Below are positions 53,695 through 64,000 of a DNA stretch of 64,000 nt, piece by piece. The position numbers and the translations under genes are program-made. The stretch covers positions 4,154,001-4,218,000 of the forward strand of contig NW_027139666.1 in the NCBI RefSeq assembly GCF_035084215.1, in the 5' to 3' direction. The DNA comes from Heptranchias perlo. Its lineage: Eukaryota. Numbering within the stretch: the stretch's first letter is position 1; the number at the start of each line of letters is the position of its first letter. The notes under the pieces were generated by a model that saw only the letters and a list, made by a program, of their open reading frames with translations, was not told the DNA's origin and ran no database searches.

Positions 53695-53991
53695 CTGCAG
53701 GGGTTGGATTCTGCTGCTATCGCTGCTGTGAATCACATCCAGGACTGAACCATGTTCATTCTGACACTTGGGGTTTGTTTCTGATGTTAATAACCCCTTT
53801 AACTAGGCTGGAGTTTAGTATTCTGTACAAGAGTCAAATAAATCAGCGTTCCTTTAAAGACAGTGTGTCTAGTGCTTGATATCTTGATGAAAAGACAAGC
53901 TGATTGTAGATTATTATGAAGTGAGTAGAATCCATCTTATAACTGGGTTCCTATACCTTTTAAAAGATGGATACACAAGACGTCCAAGTCG

Positions 53992-54770
53992 GACAGGACA
54001 GATTGTCCCAGCACTGACTGTGTGTATGACAGGACAGACTGTCCCAGCACTGAATGTGTGTATGACAGGACAGAGTGTCCCAGCACTGACTGTGTGTATG
54101 GCAGGACAGACTGTCCCAGCACTGACTGTGTGTATGACAGGACAGATTGTCCCAGCACTGACTGTGTGTACGGCAGGACAGACTGTCACAGCAATGACTG
54201 TGTGTATGACAGGACAGAGTGTCCCAGCACTGACTGTGTGTATGGCAGGACAGACTGTCCCAGCACTGACTGTGTGTATGACAGGACAGAGTGTCACAGC
54301 ACTGACTGTGTGTATGACAGGACAGAGTGTCCCAGCACTGACTGTGTGTATGACAGGACAGACTGTCCCAGCACTGACTGTGTGTATGACAGGACAGAGT
54401 GTCCCAGCACTAACTGTGTGTATGGCAGGACAGACTATCACAGCACTGACTGGGTGTATGGCAGGGCAGACTGTAACAGCACTGACTGTGTGTATGACAG
54501 TACAGACTGTCCCAGCACTGACTGTGTGTGTGACAGGACAGAGTGTCCCGGCACTGAATGTGTGTATGACAGGACTGAGTGTCCCAGCACTGATTGTGTG
54601 TATGACAGGACTGAGTGTCCCAGCACTGACTGTGTGCATGACAGGACTGAGTGTCCCAACACTGACTGTGTGTATGAAAGGACAGAGTGTCCCAACACTG
54701 ACTGTGTGTATGACAGGACAGAGTGTCCCAACACTGACTGTGTGTATGACAGGGCAGAGTGTCCCAGCAA
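53992..54770. repeat. 36-bp minisatellite (~21 copies)
   Basis: Unit gacaggacagagtgtcccagcactgactgtgtgtat. Confidence 0.95.
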
Positions 54771-56469
54771 TGATCGTGCGTCGAGTGTACATGGGCTGTG
54801 GGCGGAGATAAATGGGTGGGGTAGAATCCATGATAGGGTGGAGTGGCATGGGGTTGTCCGAGGAGATTAAATCGGTTGGAGGAGTTTACAGAGATGGGGA
54901 AGGGGAGAGGACCATGGAGGGTTTTGAACACGAGGATGAGGATCTTAAAATCGAGACGTTGCCGACCGGGGGCCAGTGTAGTAACACACGAACAGAAACT
55001 TACGGGTCACTGCCCGGCAGACAGGTGGAGAAGACATTGATGTCCGCGGAGGAATAGTCAGGGTCACAGCAGCAGTCGAGGGGTTGAAAATGAGGAGGGG
55101 TTTTGATGGAGTCGATGGGGAGAAACTGTTGCCACTGGCTGGAGGGTCCGTAACCAGAGGGCACAGATTGAAGGGAATTGGGAAAAGAGGCAGAGGGAGA
55201 TGAGGAGAATGTTTTTCGGCAGCGAGTTGTTCTGATCTGGAATTCACTGCCTGAAAGGGCGGTGGGAGCAGATTCAATAGTAACTTTCAAAAGGGAATCG
55301 GGTCAATCCTTGAAGGGGAGAAATTTGCGGGACTGTGGGGAAAGAGCAGGGGAGTGGGACTCATCGAATCGCACTTTCACAGGGCCGGCACGGGCGCGAT
55401 GGGCCGAGCGGCCTCTTTCACAGAGCCGGCACAGGCGCGATGGGCCGAGCGGCCTCTTTCAAAGAGCCGGCACAGGAGCCGTCAGCCCGACGCCCGCCAA
55501 GCCCGCTCTCCCATCTCAGGCCACTCCCGGGTGCGGGCCCTCCCTTTGTCGGGCGAAGGCCCGCATCATCTTCCTCCTGGCTCCGGATCAAGGACCGCGT
55601 CTTGACGTCAACGCGCTAAGGTGAGTGACGCTGACCCGTGTCACTTGATGGGAGGAGTCAGTCCGGGGTCCGGGAGGGGGTTTGTTCGAGCTGTCAATCA
55701 AATTGCCCGGAATCAGCACTCACTGCGTAAAGGGATGAAGATTTTGTTTAAAAATGCTAAATCTGCAAGAATGAATTTAAAATATAAAGCTACAAAAAAG
55801 GCAAGAAATTGCAAATACAACAATCTGAATTAAAAACAAACGTCCAAATTCATATTAGGCTGATGGCCTGGGTCCTCCTGGGTCCTCCTGCCACTATTCG
55901 TCTTCTCTCCCTCGGGCATAGGATGAGCAGATTGATTTAATGTAACCTTTTTAATGCATAGGATGCTGGATGCATGGAATGGCCCAGCAAGGGAGGCAAT
56001 GGGGCCTGATTGTATCAACAAATTCCAGAGAGTTGGCGAATTACCTGATAGCGGTACCTTGGAATATGACAGCCTAGAAATTGGGACCTTAATTAATTTT
56101 TCTACATATGCAATAACTTTTAGTGATTGTTGTACCTGGACACCCAAACCCCTTTGCTCCTCTACGGTCATTAGTTTCTCATCATTAAGGAATTAATCCT
56201 ATTTCTCACCTGGTGCTTGAAGTAGATGCTCTTTGTTTATCTTCCCATATTTTTCCTGTCCGGCTGTATTTCCACAATTCACTGTCCAATGACAACAGAC
56301 ACGATGAGAATGGAACTTTTAAAAAATATTTCAAGACATACTTTATTTCATACAATTTATGGATACAGACAGTTCAATGTAAATATCACAGTTACAATTC
56401 AAAATAATACAATATAGATCGTACACATTACGAATCCATTATTACAATTCAACACACTGTACATATCTT

Positions 56470-58386
56470 AGAATCATTGAATTATAGAATCATAGAAGTT
56501 ACAACATGGAAACAGGCCCTTCGGCCCAACATGTCCATGTCGCCCAGTTTATACCACTAAGCTAGTCCCAATTTCCTGCAATTGGCCCATATCCCTCTTT
56601 TCCCATCTTACCCATGTAACTGTCCAAATGCTTTTTAAGAGACAAAATTGTACCTGCCTCTACTACTGCCTCTGGCAGCTCGTTCCGGACACTCACCACC
56701 CTTTGAGTGAAAAAATTGCCCCTCTGGACCCTTTTGTATCTCTCCCCTCTCACCTTAAATCTATGCACCCTCGTTATAGACTCCCCTACATTTGGGAAAA
56801 GATTTTGACTATCTACCTTATCTATGCCCCTCATTATTTTATAGAGTTCTATAAGATCACCCCTTAACCTCCTACTCTCCAGGGAAAAAAGTCCCAGTCT
56901 GTCTAACCTCTCCCTATAAGTCAAACCATCAAGTCCCGGTAGCATCCTAGTAAATCTTTTCTGCATTCTTTCTAGTTTAATAATATCCTTTCTATAATAG
57001 GGTGACCAGAACTGTACACAGTATTCCAAGTGTGGCCTCACCAATGCCCTGTACAACTTCAACAAGACATCCCAACGACTGCATTCAATGTTCTGACCAA
57101 AGAAACCAAGCATGCCGAATGCCATCTTCACCACCCTATCCACCTGTGACTCCACTTTCAAGGAGCTATGAACCTGTACTCCTAGATCTCTTTGTTCTAT
57201 AACTCTCCACAACGCCCTACCATTAACGGAGTAGGTCCTGGCCCGATTCGATCTACCAAAATGCATCACCTCACATTTATCTAAATTAAACTCCATCTGC
57301 CATTCATCGGCCCACTGGCCCAATTTATCAAGATCCCGTTGCAATCCTAGATAACCTTCTTCACTGTCCACAATGCCACCAATCTTGGTGTCATCTGCAA
57401 ACTTACTAACCATGCCTCCTAAATTCTCATCCAAATCATTAATATAAATAACAAATAACAGCGGACCCAGCACCGATCCCTGAGGCACACCGCTGGACAC
57501 AGGCATCCAGTTTGAAAATCAACCCTCTACAACCACCCTCTGTCTTCTGTCGTCAAGCCAACTTTGTATCCAATTGGCTACCTCACCTTGGATCCCATGA
57601 GATTTAACCTTATGTAACAACCTACCATGCGGTACCTTGTCAAAGGCTTTGCTGAAGTCCATGTAAACCACGTCTACTGCACAGCCCTCATCTATCTTCT
57701 TGGTTACCCCTTCAAAAAACTCAATCAAATTCGTGAGACATGATTTTCCTCTCACAAAACCATGCTGACTGTTCCTAATTAGTCCCTGCCTCTCCAAATG
57801 CCTGTAGATCCTGTCCCTCAGAATACCCTCTAACAACTTACCCACTACAGATGTCATGCTCACTGGTCTGTAGTTCCCAGGCTTTTCCCTGCCTCCCTTC
57901 TTAAACAAAGGCACAACATTTGCTACCCTCCAATCTTCATACACCTCACCTGTAGCGGTGAATGATTCAAATATCTCTGCTAGGGGACCCGCAATTTCCT
58001 CCATAACTTCCCATAACGTCCTGAGATACATTTCATCAGGTCCCGGAGATTTATCTACCTTGATGCGCGTTAAGACTTCCAGCACCTCCCTCTCTGTAAT
58101 ATGTGCACTCCTCAAGACATCACTATTTATTTCCCCTAGTTCCCTAACATCCATGCCTTTCTCAACCGTAAATACCGATGTGAAATATTCATTCAGGATC
58201 TTAGCCATCTCTTGTGGTTCCGCACATAGATGACCTTGTTGATCCTTAAGAGGCCATACTCTCTCCCTAGTTACTCTTTTGCCCTTTATGTATTTGTAGA
58301 AGCTCTTTGGATTCTCCTTTGCCTTACCTGCCAAAGCAATCTCATGTCCCCTTTTTGCCCTCCTGATTTCTCACTTAACTCTACTC
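56470..58386 (-). mobile_element. Young 5'-truncated CR1 LINE with RT domain
   Basis: ORFs 57519-58334 and 56562-57506 (one frameshift) with KSPGPD, NYRPVS, DFSKAFD, GVPQGSVLGP, FADD; gaatcata-type tail; absent from the paralog at ~5958. Confidence 0.95.
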
Positions 58387-58670
58387 CATGCTGTACAATA
58401 CAAAGTGAAATGTCCTTACATGGTGGCCTTGCCCCATACAGACTTTGCGTAGGCTGCATCTCGCTTCAATATGTCCCACAGCACGTACTCTTCGACCATG
58501 GTGTGGGCCAGTCAGCAACACTCGGTCGTGGGCAGGTCCTTCAGCAGGAAGACCAGCAGGTATCGGGTGCACCAAAGGGCCTCCTTCACTGAGTTGATGG
58601 TCTTCCAGCAGCAGTTGATATCTGTCTCGGTGTACACCCCAGGGAACTGCCCTTACAACACAGCGGGAAT
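58387..58670 (-). mobile_element. Tx1/L1-clade 3' fragment
   Basis: Paralog of 5960-6230. Confidence 0.7.
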
Positions 58671-59323
58671 GGGGTGATAGAGGTGTCGGTTACTTATGTA
58701 AATCGGAGTAGTATGACGTACGCGGGACACCATTCAATGTTGGCTCCAAATGGGTGGAGGAGCCGCCCTTTCGATGGGCATTGAGTGGTCCAGAATACTG
58801 AGAAGTTTCTTCTTAATTTGTATTTTGTGGGGCAAGGAGGAGCCGGAGAGATTTTCCTTGGCCTGCTGCGGCCGTGAGAAATCTCCCGATCCCTGATCGT
58901 TTCAGGAATCTATCAGGAGGTTTCCTTCTACTTCTGTGTAAAGAGGCCCACCCTCAGGTCCCATTAAACTCCCTGCAGTGAGTAAACATTGCTGCACAGC
59001 AGCTCAGAGAGGAAACGATCTCCGGAACGCCCCACTGGAGTTTGAAATTACATTAATATTTTACCAGTTCGTAACGGTCCGGGTGTTGGTCCATTATTAT
59101 TCTGTTCTGGTCAAAACAAATATCCCAATGAACAGGATGCTGTCTGACCCTGACAGCTCACCCTCAGTCCATCCCACCAGGCAGTGTGTGTGATGGGAAA
59201 TAATCATCAACCGATAACGAGGATTTGTGTTTATTCATTTCAGGATTAAACGTTTAATATTGAAATTATATTATTTCCAGACTCATAACAGCAAACAATT
59301 TCATGTTAGAATCACAGCTTGTA

Positions 59324-60459
59324 TCATTTCACAACACTACATATGTCACGTAAAATATAATTCGTGTCTTGTATTTCCAAATTTATTTGAACTATTGGAT
59401 TGATATCAGTTACTTTATTGAACTCATTGATGTCAATGGATAGCAAAATCAGGCGCGGCGAAAAGAGGGCGCCCGATCCGCTACCGCCCGTCTTACGCCA
59501 CCGCCAAACGTGAAAATCCACTCGAACTTGCACTTTATTTAATTTCGGATGAAAAGTCTTGAGACGTTTCGATGAGTTAACTAATGTAACAATTAGATTC
59601 AGTGGGTATTTCACTCCGTTTATCAGCTCCTCTCTGAACTTACTCTGGGTCACAGCATAAATACCCGTGTTGGTGCAGGAACTGAGAAGTTGAAGCATGA
59701 ATGCGGCTGACTCAATGTCACTGGTTATATAGTTCTGGACGTTTGATATACGCACAGAGATAACATAAAAAGCTTCTGCGCTCCATAACAATATAAAACT
59801 GCCTGATATGCTGAAGAGTAAAATGATGGATTTCCTTCGGTTCTCCATCTCTGGGTCCTTGTGACTCTCTCCTTTGCTGCGGCCCCGGAGTCCCCTGCGG
59901 ACTCTGCTGGCCGTTAAAATGTGCCTGGCGGTTAGAACATTGAACAGCAAAATCAGAATGAATGGGAGACAAGACGTTAACACAAGATTAAACAAGTCAA
60001 ACGCTGCCCATGCAGTTGAAGTGAAAAAGGTTGGTTTCCAGACACAACCCCGGGGTACATTGTCCATTATATATTCCGGGCCAATTGCAAAGTACCAGGG
60101 AATGTTTACTAAACAGCTCAGCGCACTCACCACCCCGATAACAACAGCCGCCGTTTTCTCGGTGCAATATTTTGTTTTCAGCTTCTGACAAGAAATGGCC
60201 ACAAATCGATCAAAGGTGAAAACCACTGTGAACCAGACAGAGGCCGCTATGGCTGCTGAACTCAGGCTGGCAATGAGACGGCACACGGGGGTAATGGTCA
60301 AGAATGAAACTGGGAAATAAATAAGAACAATGCGCCACATTAGGACATCAGTGGTAACGACCAGGAGATCGGCCGCCGCCATTCCTACCAGGTAGCGAGT
60401 GATACATTTGGAGAGTCCGCACTTTCCTCGGGACAGGATCACAATCGCCACCAAGTTAA
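59324..60459 (-). CDS. Class A GPCR, GPR139/GPR142-like, exon 2
   Basis: Acceptor ctcctacAG at 60461-60460; 'NLVAIVILSRGKCGLSKCITRYL..AAADL', 'FTFDRFVAI', 'CTNTGIYAVTQSKFREEL'; multiple TM segments. Confidence 0.9.
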
Positions 60460-60999
60460 CTGTAGGAGAGAGAAACGGAAGCAGAATAATTACTGATCAG
60501 ACCTGGAGCCAAAGCAGCAGTTTGACCGGATCAGGGGTGAAATTTCCAGCTTCGTTGCTGCCTCAAACGGTGGAAACTGATTCACTGATCTGGGCAGCGC
60601 TTTCGGGCAGAGAATTTTTTTTAAACACACTGATCAATAATGAATTGGGAAATTGATAAAGAAATTGAATAAAGTGAGCACCGGATCCACTGGAAGGGCC
60701 GAATGAGGACGCAGTGCCGGTGGGGAAGGGAGAAGGTGTTTTACGGAGGAATGTAAAGTATTGAAGACAGATTTGGGCTCCAGACGAAGGGGGGAGAGAG
60801 CGCGGGCCGGGAAGGTGAGGGGACAGGCGTAAGTGCTGCTGGTTTGTTGCTCAGGGTTCGGAGAGCTGACGGGCTGGCACAAAACGGGAAAGGACGAGAT
60901 CCGCGGCGGTGTGTTTGAGGCTTCTGGTCGGATTGGAAAATACAGCTGGAGGCCGAGCCAGTGAGTGAGATTGGGAGGAAGACAAGGAATACTGCATAC

Positions 61000-61530
61000 A
61001 GTTTTGGTGTCCATACTTAAGAAATTACATACTTGCTCTCGAGGCAGTTAATCCCGGGGATGAGGGGGTGGACATATGAGGAGAGGTTGAGTAGATTGGG
61101 ACTCTACTCATTGGAGTTCAGAAGAATGAAACTTATAAGATTGTGAACGGGCTTGATCGGGTGGATGCGGTAAGGATGTTCCCAAGGATGGGTGAAACGA
61201 GAACTAGGGGGCATAATCTTAAAATAAGGAGCTCCTCTTTCAAAACTGAGATGAGGAGAAACTTCGTCACTCAGAGGGTAGTAGGTCTGTGGAATTTGCT
61301 GCCCCAGGAAGCTGTGGAAGCTACATCATTAAATAAATTTAAAACAGAAATAGACAGTTTCCTAGAAGTAAAGGGAATTAGGGGTTACGGGGGGCGGGCA
61401 GGAAATTGGACATGAATTTAAATTTGAGGTTAGGATCAGATCAGCCATGATCTTATTGAATGGCAGAGCAGGCTCGAGGGTCCGATTGGCCTACTCCTGC
61501 TCCTATTTCTTATGTTCTTTTGTTCTTATG
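61000..61530 (+). mobile_element. CR1 LINE 3' fragment in the GPCR intron
   Basis: 'ETRTRGHNLKI..RRNFVTQRVVGLWNLLP'; ttcttatg tail. Confidence 0.85.
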
Positions 61531-62159
61531 AAAATTCCATGTAGGAGCTGGAGGGGAGTGAGGAGCAGATGATTTGGAAAAGCGGATAAACTGAAGCAAG
61601 GGATGAGGAGACAGAGGATTCAATGCAGTGGGAGGAGAGGCTGGGATTCACAGGGAGAGACTGCAGCAGAGTGTTGGAGGAAATCTAATCTATAGGTCGC
61701 AGTAACACAACGCAAGTAATGAATTCAACCTTTAATTTTTATGGTTATGTAAAACAAATCTCGTTTTTTATATAACGTGGTCAATACATTTAATTTGCAC
61801 ATTTATTTAAAATTAAATAAAAATACATTCAATAAATTAGCCTCGTTCTTTATTGAATTAAGCTGACACATAGTTTTTAGAATACAGTATCCGAATAATC
61901 CATAACGATCAACGAATGGCTGATTTTATTTTTCAATTACATTTCAACTATGTTCATGTATTCAGTCATTAAACAAGTAAGTGGAACATTCACATAAAAT
62001 GACTGAGGACCTGATAGGGTTAAAAATATCCGGCGCGAGCAAAATTAAATTCACACAATCTGACGACATCCTGATAACACCTTCAAGTCTCATTTCCTCT
62101 GCATAATTGTACTGCAAGTTTCAGCAGTTCATTCCGATAATTTTTTCACAACGCGGCCG

Positions 62160-62330
62160 CTCGCTCTCTTTCTCTCTCTCTCTGTCTTTATCTGTCTCAC
62201 TCTTTCTCTCGTTCCTTCCCCCCCTCCCTCTCGTTTTCCTTCTCAGTCGCGTTCTCTATCGCTCCTCTCTATCTCGCTGCACTCCCTTGACTCTCTTTCT
62301 CAATGCCCCTTTTCCCTTCCGAGTAAATCC
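62160..62330. repeat. CT-rich low-complexity tract
   Basis: (CT)n-like. Confidence 0.7.
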
Positions 62331-63372
62331 TAACATCCTGCGCCTGCTTTCTCTCCACCAGCCCCGTGTTCGAACGATCCTATTCTTATTGTCATTTTGT
62401 TAAATGGTGAATCCTCTGTGAACAGTTTAATGTTTCTACAGATCATTCGAGTCTCCACCTGTTAACTTACACTGCTCACTTCATCTAGAATGCATGCTCC
62501 AGAAACTCATCGCAATAATTGAAATTCCTTCTCCTGTAATCATAAAATACAGCGTTAGATGGCGGCATTGTTCAATTAACAAAACGCCAACATCACCGCT
62601 GCTGCTTATAATCTACAGATAAATAGAAGGGCTCATCATACCAACAGATAAAGTGTAAACTGATATAACATAACCTCAAAATATTGCGTTTTACAGTGAA
62701 TTCTTCAACAGTGAAGCAGAGAATGAGATGTGAAAGAATCAGCAGCAAATTCAGTTCAGTATCCAGACCTCTGGAGCTGCGTGGGATATACACAAAATAA
62801 AATAATAATTCATAACAGTGATAACCAATAAATACATTGAAATCCCAGTTCAACTGAACCATGTTATTGAAGAGGGAGGACATTCCGCTGCCTCCTTGAG
62901 CTGTCTCATTATCAATCACTGAAAAAACATTTATGAAAAAAATATTCCATGACAGGTTTGTTCCACAACATGAAACAGTTAATGGCTCCAGATAGTCTGA
63001 TACCAGCTCTTAGCCAAGACACCAGATTCAGTACAGAGAATAATCCAGTAACAATGCCAGGGTTGGATATACAAAATTATAACAGATATTCTGCAGCTGC
63101 AACAAGACCGAACTTTCAGATGTTAAGAACATACTTTTATTCAACACATTCAGTACAGAGAATAATCTGCTAACAATGCCAGGGTTGGATATAAAAGTTC
63201 ATTAGAGATATAATGCAAAACCAAAAGAGCAGAAACTTTCAATATTCCAGCATCCAACTGATGGAACAGAACAGGCGGCTGTTTAAAAGATGGTGGGAGA
63301 AAAATAATTAGCCAAGTATAGCAGCATAGTTAACAGCGATTCACAATATTCGCAGATGAGATAACGGCTTAC

Positions 63373-63442
63373 CCGGGACTCCAATGGCTGCAAGAACAGG
63401 ATAGTAAACGCGTTCTATCTGGGACATTACTGGATATCCCAT
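63373..63442 (-). CDS. GPCR exon 1 (MGYPVMSQIERVYYPVLAAIGVP)
   Basis: 70 nt; phase-1 donor G|GTAAG joins in frame to exon 2 (G+TT=V, then NL); TATAAA at RC 63528-63533. Confidence 0.85.
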
Positions 63443-64000
63443 TTCTGTGAGAAGCAGTGACTTCTGTTGATCTGAAAACCGCAGTTCCGGCAGGCATTCT
63501 GAGCTGATACATTGCAACAAGCTCTGATTTATACAGGGGGTAAATCTCCACTGACACGGTTATACCCCTGATCATTGCTGTTAGTTACAGTCGCCTAAAC
63601 AAACACATTACATCTGCAGCTTTGTCTTCAGTGTAAATAATGACATGGACATATCACAACATCTCAAAGTTCAGAACCTTGTCTTAATGAGACCTCACTC
63701 AGGAATAAAGTTAAAAGCTGTGCTCAGAAAGGATTGGTCCAACAACAAATGAGCGGCTTCATTTACAGTTTTCATATCATTGTATTGACCAAGTTCACTC
63801 CTGACGATTCATTTTCATCCTGTGGTTTAAATCCCTGCATGGCCTTCCCCTCCCCATCTCCGCCCACTCCTCCACACCTACAGGAAACCCACCCATGACC
63901 TCCTCATTCATCGATCCTGGGCCTTTGGTGGTGGGACCACTCTCTCTTGGTTCCACTCACCAATCTGATCAGAGCCAGGAGAAGCTTCTCTTCCCACCCT

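Noticed and set aside
53914-54931. 280-310 aa repetitive ORFs on both strands
   Set aside because: Artifact of a stop-free 36-bp minisatellite
62530-62570. Possible CTCF site (tagatggcggc) in the GPCR intron
   Set aside because: 5' half of the core matches poorly; too weak without a PWM score
63026-63212. ~65-bp direct repeat in the GPCR intron
   Set aside because: Ordinary local tandem duplication with no further signal

Overview
Eukaryotic, vertebrate DNA. The repeat and gene families suggest a cartilaginous fish (shark-like); this is an inference from family style, not a database result. The core (~15-46 kb) is a replication-dependent histone cluster: intact H2A x2, H3.2, H4 x2, H1 and H2B, two H2B pseudogenes, and orphan histone 3' and upstream elements. 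Each gene has the 16-nt stem-loop and usually a U7-binding HDE. The cluster is built from a repeated module (NRF1/AP-1/Sp1 CpG promoter, orphan exon, 36/46/82-bp satellites, bipartite CTCF-like sites, H2B) present about 4 times, once inverted. It is bracketed by a direct ~7-kb duplication carrying a C2H2 zinc-finger gene (left copy has a 12-finger ORF, right copy is a pseudogene) and the 3' end of a two-exon GPR139-like GPCR (intact only on the right). Also present are many CR1/L2/Tx1 LINE fragments, a hAT (Buster/Charlie-type) relic and two decayed tRNA-Gly(TCC) copies. The standout is a 529-bp insertion (5213-5741) with a 12-bp TSD. It is a near-perfect 234-bp-arm palindrome of Penelope-type pLTRs and encodes a minimal hammerhead ribozyme on each strand.
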